From NCBI GenBank assembly GCA_964570965.1, contig CAZNAX010000004.1:1-59801 (forward strand): a stretch of 59,801 nucleotides of DNA, in the 5' to 3' direction. Position 1 is the stretch's first letter, and every line of letters starts with the position of its first letter. Positions 36,926 to 48,018 of this stretch are shown here, piece by piece. The DNA is from an uncultured Desulfatibacillum sp. (GTDB lineage: Bacteria > Desulfobacterota > Desulfobacteria > Desulfobacterales > SpSt-501). Under the pieces are notes generated by a model that was not told the DNA's origin, did no database searches, and worked only from the letters and a program-made list of their open reading frames with translations. A program made the position numbers and the translations under genes.

Positions 36926-38916
36926 GCGCTTTTCAGCTGAAGTCCGCGTTCGAGCCGGCCGGCGACCAACCGTCCGCCATCGAAGCGCTCTACCGGCACC
37001 TGGCCGCCGGCCGAAAGCACAGCGTTCTTTTAGGGGTCACCGGCTCCGGCAAGACCTTCACGATGGCGCAGGTCATCGCACGGATCAACCGCCCGACGCT
37101 CGTGATTGCACCGAACAAGACCCTGGCGGCCCAGCTCTACAGCGAATTCCGCCTGCTGTTCCCCGATAATGCGGTCGAATATTTCGTCAGCTACTACGAC
37201 TACTACCAACCGGAGGCCTACATCCCGACTTCGGACACTTACATCGCCAAGGATTCCTCCATCAACGACATGATCGACAAGCTGCGGCACTCCGCCACGC
37301 GCTCCGTCCTATCGCGCCGCGATGTGCTGGTGGTGGCGAGCGTTTCCTGTATTTACGGTCTCGGCGCTCCGGAAGACTACCTGTCCATGCGGGTGGAGAT
37401 CGAGGCCGGTGCCGAGTTCAGCCGAGAACAGCTGCTGGCTGATCTCGTCGCCATGCATTATGAACGCAAAGATCATGATTTCTTTCGGGGAACCTTCCGG
37501 GTGCGGGGAGACCGCGTCGAAATTTTTCCAGCCTACGAAGAAGACCGGGCCGTCCGGGTGGATTTTTTCGGCGACACGGTGGAGGGCGTCGCCGAGATCG
37601 ATGCCCTGCGCAACACGGTCCTGCGTCGACTCCAGCGCGGCGTCATTTTTCCGGCCAGCCACTACGTCACCCAGAAGACCACCCAGCAAAAGGCCATGCA
37701 GACCATCCGCACCGAGCTGAGCCGCCGCATTGATTTTTTTCGCGACCAAGGCAAGCTGCTGGAGGCGCAGCGGATCGAGGAGCGCACGCATTTCGACCTG
37801 GAGATGATTCAAGAGTTGGGCTATTGCAACGGCATCGAAAACTACTCCAGACACTTGACCGGCCGCCGGGCGGGGGAGCCGCCGCCGACCCTGCTCGATT
37901 ACTTTCCGAGGGATTTTCTGCTGTTCATCGACGAGAGCCACATCGCCGTGCCCCAGCTCCGGGGGATGTACCGCGGGGATCGCTCGCGCAAGGAAACTCT
38001 GGTGGCGTACGGCTTCCGTCTGCCGTCGGCCCTGGACAACCGGCCGCTGATGTTCGAAGAGTCGCAGTCCCGCTTCAACCAGGTGGTCTACGTTTCCGCC
38101 ACCCCGGCGGAGCATGAGATGCGCCGATCGGGGGATGCCGTCGTCGAGCTCATCGTGCGGCCGACGGGACTGGTCGACCCCGTGATGGAGGTCCGCAGCG
38201 CACGCCACCAGGTCGACGACCTGCACGATGAAATCCGCATCCGGCAACAGCGCCGCGAGCGCGTGCTGGTGACCACCCTCACCAAGCGCATGGCGGAAGA
38301 CCTTACCGAATACTATGCGGACCTCGGGCTCAAGGTCCGCTACCTGCATTCGGACATCACCACCCTGGAGCGCATGGACATCATCCGGGATCTGCGGCTG
38401 GGACACTTTGACGTCCTGGTGGGCATCAACCTGCTGCGCGAAGGCCTCGACATCCCCGAAGTGTCCCTGGTGGCCATTCTGGACGCAGACAAAGAGGGAT
38501 TCCTGCGATCGACCCGGTCGCTCATTCAGACCTGCGGCCGCGCGGCGCGCAATGCCAACGGGCTGGTCATTCTCTACGCCGACAGGGTCACCCCCTCGAT
38601 GCAGCAGACCATCGACGAAACCAACCGCCGCCGCCAGATTCAACATGCTTACAATCAGGCCCACGGCATCACGCCCACATCGGTGCACAAGGCGATCGCC
38701 GGGGCCTTCGATTTCGCCGCCGGACCGCTGGCGCCGACGGCCGGCCGGGTCGGCGAAGAACCTGCTGTCTATGATTCCCTGGACGAGGTCGACGCCGAGA
38801 TCCGCCGGCTCGAAAACCAGATGCATCAGGCGGCCAAGGAGCTGGATTTCGAACGGGCGGCCGAGCTGCGGGACCGCATCCTGGGCTTGCAGCGGCTGAT
38901 CGTTCTGGAGACATGA
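36922..38916 (+). CDS. uvrB: Excinuclease ABC subunit B
   Basis: [63 protein letters not shown] domain. Confidence 0.98.
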   Translation: MSAFQLKSAFEPAGDQPSAIEALYRHLAAGRKHSVLLGVTGSGKTFTMAQVIARINRPTLVIAPNKTLAAQLYSEFRLLFPDNAVEYFVSYYDYYQPEAYIPTSDTYIAKDSSINDMIDKLRHSATRSVLSRRDVLVVASVSCIYGLGAPEDYLSMRVEIEAGAEFSREQLLADLVAMHYERKDHDFFRGTFRVRGDRVEIFPAYEEDRAVRVDFFGDTVEGVAEIDALRNTVLRRLQRGVIFPASHYVTQKTTQQKAMQTIRTELSRRIDFFRDQGKLLEAQRIEERTHFDLEMIQELGYCNGIENYSRHLTGRRAGEPPPTLLDYFPRDFLLFIDESHIAVPQLRGMYRGDRSRKETLVAYGFRLPSALDNRPLMFEESQSRFNQVVYVSATPAEHEMRRSGDAVVELIVRPTGLVDPVMEVRSARHQVDDLHDEIRIRQQRRERVLVTTLTKRMAEDLTEYYADLGLKVRYLHSDITTLERMDIIRDLRLGHFDVLVGINLLREGLDIPEVSLVAILDADKEGFLRSTRSLIQTCGRAARNANGLVILYADRVTPSMQQTIDETNRRRQIQHAYNQAHGITPTSVHKAIAGAFDFAAGPLAPTAGRVGEEPAVYDSLDEVDAEIRRLENQMHQAAKELDFERAAELRDRILGLQRLIVLET

Positions 38917-40778
38917 ACGCGCCTTCGCAACCGCCGCCGCCCGCCGCCCCTGCCCAGAAGGCGGCCGCCGCCCCCTTGGAACCCGGTGTCTACCTGATGA
39001 AGGCGGCCGACGGCCGAATCTTGTATGTCGGCAAGGCGCGCAGTCTTCGCAAGCGCTTGTCGGCCTATTTCAAAACAAGCACTCATTCCGGCTCCAAGAT
39101 CCATGCGCTGGTGGCGCGGATCGCCGACATCGAGATCATCCTGACCCGCACCGAAAAAGAAGCTCTCATCCTCGAGTCCAACCTCATCAAGCGCCACCGG
39201 CCCCGCTTCAACGTGGTCCTCAAGGACGACAAGCGCTACCCCTCCCTGCGGCTGGATCCGAAAGAAGCCTATGCCCGCTTCAGCGTCGTGCGGAAGATCG
39301 GCGGGGATGAGGCGCTTTATTTCGGACCATTCGCCTCCGCGCAGGCCGTGCGCGCAACCCTCAAGGTGCTCAACCGAACCTTCAAACTGCGCAAGTGCAA
39401 GGCGAACGAATTCCGCACCCGCACCCGGCCCTGCCTGCACTGTCAGATGAACGGCTGTCTGGCGCCCTGCTGTCGGGATGTCGCCCCCGAGGTCTATCGT
39501 GAACACGTTCAGGAGGCGGTTCTCTTCCTGAAGGGACGCACCCAGGAGCTGCTGGGAAAGATTCGCGGGGATATGGAGGCGGCTGCCGCTGCTCAGGAAT
39601 ATGAAAAGGCGGCGCGGCTGAGGGACAAGCTGTTTGCGTTGCAGCGGACTACCGAGAAACAGGTTGCGGTGACCACCGACTTTATGGACCGGGACGTCTT
39701 CGCGGCGGCTTCCGCCGATGGCGCCGCCGTGATCACCTATCTGGAGGTTCGCGGCGGCTTTTTGACAGGCTCCCGCCACTTCGGCTTTCCCGAGAGCATG
39801 GCTGCCGAAGATGAGATGCTGGGCGTTTTCATCCGCCAGTTTTACGAGGACCGTGCGCTGGTGCCGGGGGAGCTTTTCGTGTCGCATGCGCTCGATGACC
39901 AGGAGTGGATCGAGCAATGGTTGACCGCACAGAAAGGCAAGCGGGTGCAGATTCACCGGCCGGAGCGCGGCGAAAAGGCACGCTTGCTGGAGATGGCCTT
40001 GAACAACGCCCGCACGGAACTCGACGCTCTGCTGTCCCGACGCTCCAGCGGGGCCGCGCTGTTGTTGCGGCTGCAACGTCGTCTGGAGCTCTTGCGCTGT
40101 CCGCAGCGCATCGAATGTGTCGACAACTCGACCCTCATGGGATCAGACCCCGTGGCCGGCCTCGTGGTGTTTGTGGACGGCCGGCCGGAACCGGCCGCCT
40201 ACCGCCGATACCGGATCACCGGCGTGGCCGTGCCGGATGATTATGCGTCCATGTCGGAGATTCTAAGGCGCCGACTGGGAAAGGGGCCGGCATCCGAGCC
40301 GTTTCCCGACCTGTTGATGGTGGACGGCGGCAAGGGGCAACTCGGCACGGCCATGGCGGTCATGAAGGATTTGCAAATCGAAGGGCGCATGGATGTCATC
40401 GGGATCGCCAAAAAGGACTCGGAGCGGGGGGAGGTGCAAGACAAAATTTTCCTCCCCGGACGGTCGAATCCGGTAAATTTCGGCCGCGAGGGCGATCTGC
40501 TGCTTTTTCTCCAGCGCATACGGGACGAAGCGCACCGCCACGCCGTTGCCTTCCATCGACGACGGCATCGGGCGACCGTCCTGACATCGGCGCTGGACGC
40601 GATCCCCGGCGTCGGCAAGGTGCGCAAAGCCCAGCTGATCGATCATTTCGGCAGCTTTGAAGCGATCCGGGCAGCACCGCTCGCTGAACTGAGCGCGCTG
40701 CCCGGTTTCAATCGGAAACTGGCCGAAGCGGTGAAGGCTGTACTTGGCTCGGACCTTGACGGCCGGAACGCAACGTGA
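38913..40778 (+). CDS. uvrC: Excinuclease ABC subunit C
   Basis: PGVYLM..YVGKA GIY-YIG, four-Cys cluster, [28 protein letters not shown], HhH. Confidence 0.97.
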   Translation: MNAPSQPPPPAAPAQKAAAAPLEPGVYLMKAADGRILYVGKARSLRKRLSAYFKTSTHSGSKIHALVARIADIEIILTRTEKEALILESNLIKRHRPRFNVVLKDDKRYPSLRLDPKEAYARFSVVRKIGGDEALYFGPFASAQAVRATLKVLNRTFKLRKCKANEFRTRTRPCLHCQMNGCLAPCCRDVAPEVYREHVQEAVLFLKGRTQELLGKIRGDMEAAAAAQEYEKAARLRDKLFALQRTTEKQVAVTTDFMDRDVFAAASADGAAVITYLEVRGGFLTGSRHFGFPESMAAEDEMLGVFIRQFYEDRALVPGELFVSHALDDQEWIEQWLTAQKGKRVQIHRPERGEKARLLEMALNNARTELDALLSRRSSGAALLLRLQRRLELLRCPQRIECVDNSTLMGSDPVAGLVVFVDGRPEPAAYRRYRITGVAVPDDYASMSEILRRRLGKGPASEPFPDLLMVDGGKGQLGTAMAVMKDLQIEGRMDVIGIAKKDSERGEVQDKIFLPGRSNPVNFGREGDLLLFLQRIRDEAHRHAVAFHRRRHRATVLTSALDAIPGVGKVRKAQLIDHFGSFEAIRAAPLAELSALPGFNRKLAEAVKAVLGSDLDGRNAT

Positions 40779-40782
40779 GGAA

Positions 40783-41733
<951 letters not shown>

Positions 41734-42018
41734 TTACGGCCGTTGATGGAAGCTGGTGCAGCCGCCGCCGGGCGCCGCGGACCCGATGGCCGGCCTTACA
41801 TTTTAAACACGCAGCGGAACATCCAGGTGTCTACGCGCATATACGATCGGATCAGAGAGGAATTTTTGGTTACCACAATTCATGCGATTGTCAACAGAAT
41901 TCATGGGTTGAAAGGTCTGAAGCGTCCATGACGGCAAACGACTCCGATCAAAAAAAACGAAGCGTCGCGCGCTGCGGCGCCGGTTGCCGCGCGGTGCTAA
42001 GCCGCAGGGGTTTTTGCT

Positions 42019-42046
42019 TTGCGCCCATCAAACCTTGTGATATGAT
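42019..42046 (+). promoter_or_regulatory. Candidate extended -10 promoter, leaderless mglA
   Basis: TTGCGC-N16, TGnTATGAT ending 6 nt before ATG 42053; no SD. Confidence 0.5.
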
Positions 42047-42052
42047 GATAAA

Positions 42053-42661
42053 ATGGCTGTCGTAAATCTCAAGAAGCACCAGATCGAGTGCAAGATCGTC
42101 TACTATGGTCCGGCGCGGTGCGGCAAGACCACCAACCTGGAATATATCCATCGGACCTTCTCCCAGCATGTCCGGGGGCAAATGATCTCCATTGATACCG
42201 AGGGGGATCGGACCTTGTTTTTCGATTTCTTGCCGCTGGAACTTGGAAAGGTCAAAGGGTGCGATGTGCGCGTGCAGCTTTACACCGTGCCGGGACAGGT
42301 CCGGTACGCCTCCACCCGCAAGCTGGTCCTCCGCGGGGCGGACGGAGTGGTTTTCGTTGCCGACTCGCTTGAGGTGCGGCGTGAACAGAATATGTTGGCG
42401 TTGAAGGACCTTCAACAGAATCTGCGGGACTACCATCTGAGCATTTTTAAACTCCCATTGGTGATGCAGTTCAACAAACGCGATTTGGCCGAAGCCGATA
42501 TCCCGCTGATGCCGATCGAGCAGATGGCCCACGAGTTGAACCGCCAGCTGAAAGCGCCTGCTCTGCCGGCGGCGGCCCTGAACGGGAAGGGGGTCGGCAA
42601 GACACTGCAGGAATGCCTTCGGCTCGTGCTGCGCAAGCTTCAGCAGGAGTTGAATTTTTGA
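42053..42661 (+). CDS. mglA: MglA-family small GTPase
   Basis: KIVYYGPARCGKTTNL, DRTLFFDFLPL, QLYTVPGQV, GADGVVFVADS, QFNKRD. Confidence 0.9.
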   Translation: MAVVNLKKHQIECKIVYYGPARCGKTTNLEYIHRTFSQHVRGQMISIDTEGDRTLFFDFLPLELGKVKGCDVRVQLYTVPGQVRYASTRKLVLRGADGVVFVADSLEVRREQNMLALKDLQQNLRDYHLSIFKLPLVMQFNKRDLAEADIPLMPIEQMAHELNRQLKAPALPAAALNGKGVGKTLQECLRLVLRKLQQELNF

Positions 42662-42715
42662 ACGCCTCGGATCCCCCCGCCAACAAGGGCGTGAGCCCGC
42701 CTGCGTGCGAACTTT

Positions 42716-43909
42716 ATGGCGTCTGATTTCGATTTTTCCGGAAAGCTGAGCTTCCTGAACCTCGGCGAGCTGCTGCAACTGCTCGGCAGCAGCTCCGCCA
42801 CCGGCACCCTGCGGGTCTACAGTCCCTTCCGGGCGGAAGCCGGCCGGGTCGTTTTCGAAAACGGAAACCCCGTCGATGCAACGGACGGGGCCCAGTCCGG
42901 TGCGGCGGCTCTTTTCACCCTTTTCGGCTGGATGGAGGGACGATTCGAATTTACTCGGGAGAGGGTGGCGTGTAAGCGAACCATCCAAAAGGGCCGGATG
43001 GAGCTCATTTTAGACGGCCTGCGCCTGCTCGATGAAGGCAAGATCGCCAAGCTCGGACCGGCGCCTTCGACGGCAGCCTCCAGCCAAGTGGAAGCCCCGG
43101 TATCCGCCGGCCGCTCATCGGACATGCCCCCGATCATCAAGGGGCCCTTGGTCGACTACGCCTACGTCATCGACGAGGAGAGCTTTTACGACGGGGATGA
43201 AATCGTGCACGAGGGCGCCCACGGGAACTGGATCTGGGTGATCCTGGAAGGGGCCGCCGAAATCATCAAAACCACACCGAAGGGCCCGCTTAAGCTGCTG
43301 CGGGTGGGCGATGGCGCTTTTCTCGGCAGCGTGGCGTCTCTGCTCATCGGCGACAATGTCCGCAGCACCACCGTCGTCGCCTGCGGAAACGTTCAGCTGG
43401 GCATGCTGGACTCCCAGCTGCTGGCCGGTGAGCTGGCCAATCTTTCGGCGGATTTCAAAAGTCTGATCAAGAGCCTGGACAACCGTCTGAGGTGCGTGAC
43501 CGGGATCGGCGCCGACGCCCATGCGCGCACCACGACCTTCATGGATCTAATCAAGGGAAAAAAAATGGCCCTCAAGGAAGGCCAGCATGAGGAGCGGCTG
43601 TTCCGGATTCGCAACGGCGAAGTGATCGTCGCCCGCAGCCTGGGTGCTGGTCATGTCCCGCTGGCCCAGCTCCAGAAAGGCGATTTTTTCGGGCATATCC
43701 CGTTTCTGACGATCGGCCATGAGCCTTTCGCAGCGGCCGTGTTTTCCTCCCCCGACCTTAAATTGGCGGCGGTGGACTCACAGAAGATAACCGCCGAATA
43801 CAAACAGCTGTCGGCTACCCTGCGCAACATCATCGAGTACCTGGCCGCTTGCATCTCGGCGACAACCTTGGTAACTATCAATCGGGTCAGCCGGTCCGGC
43901 ATCCGGTAA
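42716..43909 (+). CDS. DUF4388 (PatA_N) domain plus two cNMP-binding-like domains
   Basis: FSGKL..L.LGELLQLL..TG.L..GRV.F..G.PVDA..L..W.EG.FEF; EG..G.W.WVILEG..FLG..RSTTV; second GDFFG domain. Confidence 0.85.
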   Translation: MASDFDFSGKLSFLNLGELLQLLGSSSATGTLRVYSPFRAEAGRVVFENGNPVDATDGAQSGAAALFTLFGWMEGRFEFTRERVACKRTIQKGRMELILDGLRLLDEGKIAKLGPAPSTAASSQVEAPVSAGRSSDMPPIIKGPLVDYAYVIDEESFYDGDEIVHEGAHGNWIWVILEGAAEIIKTTPKGPLKLLRVGDGAFLGSVASLLIGDNVRSTTVVACGNVQLGMLDSQLLAGELANLSADFKSLIKSLDNRLRCVTGIGADAHARTTTFMDLIKGKKMALKEGQHEERLFRIRNGEVIVARSLGAGHVPLAQLQKGDFFGHIPFLTIGHEPFAAAVFSSPDLKLAAVDSQKITAEYKQLSATLRNIIEYLAACISATTLVTINRVSRSGIR

Positions 43910-43943
43910 TCGGTCTGCGACCTTTGAGGAGCGCCCTAAACCA

Positions 43944-44288
43944 ATGAAGAACGAAGAAAAGCGCAAACATCAACGCTTCAGTTCGCTTAACCTCTCCTAT
44001 GTTTGCCTGGACGAGGACCAAAAAGCGGTGAAACAGGGCATGGGACGTACGTTGAACCTCTCTGAATCCGGGATTTTGCTGGAAACGCATTTCCCGATCG
44101 CAGAGGCCCATCACGTCATTCTCAGCATCGGCCTCGGCGATGACCTGGTAGATCTCCGGGGGCGGCCGGTGCATGTGCACGATGCGGGGCAGGGGACCTA
44201 TGAAATCGGGATCGAGTTCGTCGAACCCGACGAAAAAGCGCTGCGCGCCGTGAGGCAATTCGTTCAATCCCTCTCGCGGGAGGAATAG
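43944..44288 (+). CDS. Single-domain PilZ protein
   Basis: RKHQR (RxxxR) and NLSESG (D/NxSxxG), IGIEF. Confidence 0.9.
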   Translation: MKNEEKRKHQRFSSLNLSYVCLDEDQKAVKQGMGRTLNLSESGILLETHFPIAEAHHVILSIGLGDDLVDLRGRPVHVHDAGQGTYEIGIEFVEPDEKALRAVRQFVQSLSREE

Positions 44289-44340
44289 CCGGCCTCTGCG
44301 GCGGAGCGGTGTCGTTCCAACTTCAGGAAGGGTGCGCGTG

Positions 44341-45237
44341 ATGAATCCAGTGATCAGCCGAACGGATTTCCCTGATCTGAAACTTTTGAAGCGCGGCAAA
44401 GTGCGGGACATGTATGATCTGGGCGAACACCTGCTGATGGTGGCGACCGATCGGATTTCCGCCTTCGATGTCGTCATGCACGAGCCGATCCCGGACAAAG
44501 GCATCATCCTGACTCAAATTTCGCTTTTCTGGTTCGAGATGATGCGGTCGACCGTTGCTAATCACGTCGTCGCCAGCGATGTGGACGAATACCCCAAGAT
44601 CTGCCGGCCTTACGCCGCTTCGCTAAAGGGCCGAAGCCTGCTGGTCAAGAAAGCCGTTCCGCTGCCCATTGAGTGCGTGGCCCGCGGGTATATTTCCGGC
44701 TCCGGCTGGAGCTCCTACCTGCAGTCCGGCGAGGTCTGCGGCATCCGCCTGCCGAGGGGATTAAAGGAATCCGACCGGCTGGCGGAGCCCATCTTCACCC
44801 CGGCCACCAAGGAGGAAGCCGGGATGCACGACATCAACGTCGATTTTGAGGAGGCACGCAAGCGCATCGGTTCGGAGTTGTCCGCGCGCGTGCGCGATTT
44901 GACCCTGACGCTTTACCGGAGAGGCGCTGCTTTTGCCGAAACGAAGGGGATCATTATCGCCGACACCAAATTCGAATTCGGCCTCGTCGGTGATGAGCTC
45001 ATCCTCATCGACGAGCTGCTGACCCCGGACTCATCCCGCTTCTGGCCGGAGGCTTCCTATCAACCGGGCGGCCCGCAACAAAGCTACGACAAACAGTACA
45101 TGCGCGATTACCTGATATCCACCCGCTGGAATAAAACTCCGCCGCCTCCGACCCTGCCGGAGGAGGTCATCCGCAACACCCGCCTCAAATACCTCGAAGC
45201 GCTCAGACAGCTGAGCGGCAGCAGCCATGGCCTCTGA
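44341..45237 (+). CDS. purC: Phosphoribosylaminoimidazole-succinocarboxamide synthase
   Basis: [57 protein letters not shown]. Confidence 0.97.
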   Translation: MNPVISRTDFPDLKLLKRGKVRDMYDLGEHLLMVATDRISAFDVVMHEPIPDKGIILTQISLFWFEMMRSTVANHVVASDVDEYPKICRPYAASLKGRSLLVKKAVPLPIECVARGYISGSGWSSYLQSGEVCGIRLPRGLKESDRLAEPIFTPATKEEAGMHDINVDFEEARKRIGSELSARVRDLTLTLYRRGAAFAETKGIIIADTKFEFGLVGDELILIDELLTPDSSRFWPEASYQPGGPQQSYDKQYMRDYLISTRWNKTPPPPTLPEEVIRNTRLKYLEALRQLSGSSHGL

Positions 45238-46237
45238 GTGTCTCGGATCGGATGGAGAAGGCTCCCGCATCGTCCCATTGACGGATATCGACTCTGAAGA
45301 TGAGCGTTTCCGAATCACCACCCTCCGCGAAAGCGCTGGTTTGCAGAAATCCATCCACCGGTTTGGACTGTGCCCGCCGCCGCTGGTTGCACCGGATGAC
45401 GGCGGCTTTATCATCGTAAGCGGCTTTCGGCGGGTGAACGCCTGTCAGGCGCTGGGATGGAATTCGATCCCTGTGCGGCTTCTCCGATCGGCATCCGGCT
45501 ATGAGCTTGCCCTAAAAGCCGTTGCCGAAAATTCACTGGAACGACCGCTGAATCTCATCGAAACCTCCCGAGCCTTGAACCTGCTCGAGCAGGCCGCTGG
45601 CGACGGTCGACTCGCCGATGCGGACGCCTTGGCCCTCGGGCTCCCGACCCACCGGGGCGTGACGTCGCAGTTGAAGCGCCTCTGCCGGATGCCGGTCGAG
45701 GTTCAGGGCGGCGTCCTGGAGGGGGCGCTTTCCTTTGCCATGGCCTGTGAGCTCGGTTGCATGGAAGAGGGGCTCGCGACCGCCTTTGCCCGTCTGTTTC
45801 GCCGGCTCAAGCCTAGTCTGAACAAACAGCGGGAAATCGTAAGCCGGGTCGCGGAGATCGCCGTTCGGGAGAGAATCGATCCGCGGCAGGTCCTGGACGA
45901 ATGCGGGTTGATGCATACAACCGGACCCGCGGACCCGGAGCGCAACCAGCAGATTCATGCCATCCGCCGACGGCTGCGACAACGCCGCTATCCGGCGGTT
46001 GCGGCCGCGGAGGACAACTTCCTTGCCTTGCGGCAGCGGTTGAAGCTGGGTGAAATGATTCAACTGGCACCGCCCAGGGATTTCGAGGGAGCGGGCTTCA
46101 CCCTGACGCTGAACTTTCAGACTATCGCAGACGTTGCGCACCTGCGCGCCAAGCTGGATGAACTGATCGACCACCCGGACTTCAATCGTCTGCTGACCGG
46201 AAAGGGCAGGGGGTTCGAGGAGTCGTCGGGTTCATGA
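45227..46237 (+). CDS. Orphan ParB/Spo0J-family protein
   Basis: [51 protein letters not shown]; no parA nearby. Confidence 0.8.
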   Translation: MASECLGSDGEGSRIVPLTDIDSEDERFRITTLRESAGLQKSIHRFGLCPPPLVAPDDGGFIIVSGFRRVNACQALGWNSIPVRLLRSASGYELALKAVAENSLERPLNLIETSRALNLLEQAAGDGRLADADALALGLPTHRGVTSQLKRLCRMPVEVQGGVLEGALSFAMACELGCMEEGLATAFARLFRRLKPSLNKQREIVSRVAEIAVRERIDPRQVLDECGLMHTTGPADPERNQQIHAIRRRLRQRRYPAVAAAEDNFLALRQRLKLGEMIQLAPPRDFEGAGFTLTLNFQTIADVAHLRAKLDELIDHPDFNRLLTGKGRGFEESSGS

Positions 46238-47337
46238 AAATCGCCGAGCTCTACGTCGATGCCGCGCTATCCGAACGGCCTGAAGTCGAGGCGGCCCGCC
46301 GCCGGTTCAAGGTGCCGGCCCGCATCGTGCGGAGCGCGGAGGAGGTTTATGCGGCCGTCGCCGCGGCGCAAGACCCCATCGGACACGGCAAACGCGTGCT
46401 CTATCTCACCCGCAACCGGGGCGCCTTCGTCAAGTCCTGCCCCGGCACGCGCCACTACACGTGCTGCGGGTATAAGATCCTGCATATCGGAACCTTCTGC
46501 AGCATGGACTGTTCCTATTGCATCCTGCAGGCGTATTTTCACCCGCCGGTTCTGCAATATTTTCTGAACCATGACGAGATGGACCAGGAGTTGGAACGTC
46601 TCTTCGCCACCCGAACGATCCACCGGCTGGGAACCGGCGAATTCACCGACAGCCTGATCTGGGAGCCCTGGACCGATCTCTCGGCGAGACTGATCCGCAA
46701 ATTTGCCGGTCAGGACAGCTGCGTCCTGGAGCTGAAGACCAAGACCACGGAGATCGACTCGCTGCTGGATCTGCCGCATCGACGTCGAACGATCCTGGCA
46801 TGGTCCCTGAACACCGCTGAGGTCATTCGGACCGAAGAACGGGGGACGACTTCGCTCGATGCACGCCTGAAAGCAGCTGCCCGCGGCGCCGCGCACGGCT
46901 ATCCCCTGGCGTTCCATTTCGATCCGATCGTCATCGCCGACGGCTGCGAGGCGGATTATCGCCGAACCGTCGAGCGTCTGTTCGCCGCCGTCGATCCGCG
47001 CCACATCGTTTGGATCAGCCTGGGAGCCCTGCGCTTCATGCCGGAACTCAAGGCCGTCCTTCGAAAGCGGTTTCAGCACTCACGGATCGTCTACGGCGAG
47101 TTTATCGGCGGCCTGGACGGAAAAATGCGCTACTTCAAGCCGCTGCGCATGAAGGTCTACCGAGACATCGCGGCCGCCATCCGTGCACGGGCGCCTTCGG
47201 TCTGCATCTATCTGTGCATGGAAGACGACGAGGTGTGGCAGCATGCGCTGGGGTTCCAGCCTGACTCCGGCGGCGGGCTGGCCCGCATGCTGGACGAGGC
47301 GGCGGCTCGGCAGTGCCATATGAATCCGGCCGGCTGA
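46234..47337 (+). CDS. Spore photoproduct lyase-like radical SAM enzyme
   Basis: CSMDCSYC, LKTK, WSLN..VI..EE.GT.SL..RL.AA..GYPL.F..DPI. Confidence 0.85.
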   Translation: MKIAELYVDAALSERPEVEAARRRFKVPARIVRSAEEVYAAVAAAQDPIGHGKRVLYLTRNRGAFVKSCPGTRHYTCCGYKILHIGTFCSMDCSYCILQAYFHPPVLQYFLNHDEMDQELERLFATRTIHRLGTGEFTDSLIWEPWTDLSARLIRKFAGQDSCVLELKTKTTEIDSLLDLPHRRRTILAWSLNTAEVIRTEERGTTSLDARLKAAARGAAHGYPLAFHFDPIVIADGCEADYRRTVERLFAAVDPRHIVWISLGALRFMPELKAVLRKRFQHSRIVYGEFIGGLDGKMRYFKPLRMKVYRDIAAAIRARAPSVCIYLCMEDDEVWQHALGFQPDSGGGLARMLDEAAARQCHMNPAG

Positions 47338-47346
47338 GGACGTCCG

Positions 47347-48018
47347 ATGACACGGTTCTGCCGAGAGCGCTTGCTGCATTCGGTTGGCTGGGTTCTGCTG
47401 GTGCTTCTGGGGCTCGCATTCGGGCCTGCTCCGCCGGCGGCGGCCGAAACTGTCCGCGTCAAACGTATCAACGACGGCGACACGGTGCAGTTGGCGGATG
47501 GACGGTTGCTGCGCTACATCGGTATCAACGCACCGGAAATCGACCATGCGCGGCACACGGCCCAACCGTGGGGCTTTGAAGCGCGCACGCAAAATGCCGA
47601 GCTGGTCGCAGGGCAATCGGTGCGGCTGGAATTTGATCTCGAGCGGCTGGACGACTACGGCCGGACCCTGGCTTACGTCTTTCTGTCGGACGGCACGATG
47701 GTCAACGAAAAGCTGCTGCGGTCGGGCGTGGCATTCTGCCTGTTCATGCTGCCGAACATCAAATACGAAAGCCGGCTGCTGGCGGCGCAGCGTGCTGCCA
47801 TGCGGGAGCGGCGGGGCCTGTGGCAGAACTGGCGCGAAGGAGAAGGCCGGTATGTCGGCAACCGCAATTCCCGGCGGTTCCATCTGGCAAGCTGCCCGGA
47901 AGCCAAGCGTATGGCTGCTCGAAACCGCGTGATGTTTTCGAGCCGCTGGGACGCCTTCTGGGCCGGCTACTCCCCCTCCCGTGAATGCCAAGCGGACTTT
48001 TTCATTCCTTCCGATTAA
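47347..48018 (+). CDS. Secreted thermonuclease (SNase) with C-terminal Ada-like metal-binding domain
   Basis: Signal peptide AAA|E, DGDT, RYIGINAPE, DDYGRTLAYV, YVGNRNSRRFH..SC..GY.P..EC. Confidence 0.9.
   Translation: MTRFCRERLLHSVGWVLLVLLGLAFGPAPPAAAETVRVKRINDGDTVQLADGRLLRYIGINAPEIDHARHTAQPWGFEARTQNAELVAGQSVRLEFDLERLDDYGRTLAYVFLSDGTMVNEKLLRSGVAFCLFMLPNIKYESRLLAAQRAAMRERRGLWQNWREGEGRYVGNRNSRRFHLASCPEAKRMAARNRVMFSSRWDAFWAGYSPSRECQADFFIPSD

Noticed and set aside
37309-40076. Long antisense ORFs (505 aa and 416 aa) over uvrB/uvrC
   Set aside because: Shadow frames of GC-rich coding strands; no motifs, and they lie fully opposite highly conserved genes
41948-42988. 346-aa minus ORF across mglA; similar ORFs at 15248-16231, 33532-34737, 47080-47991, 57091-58104
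   Set aside because: Antisense to well-supported genes, with no recognisable domain
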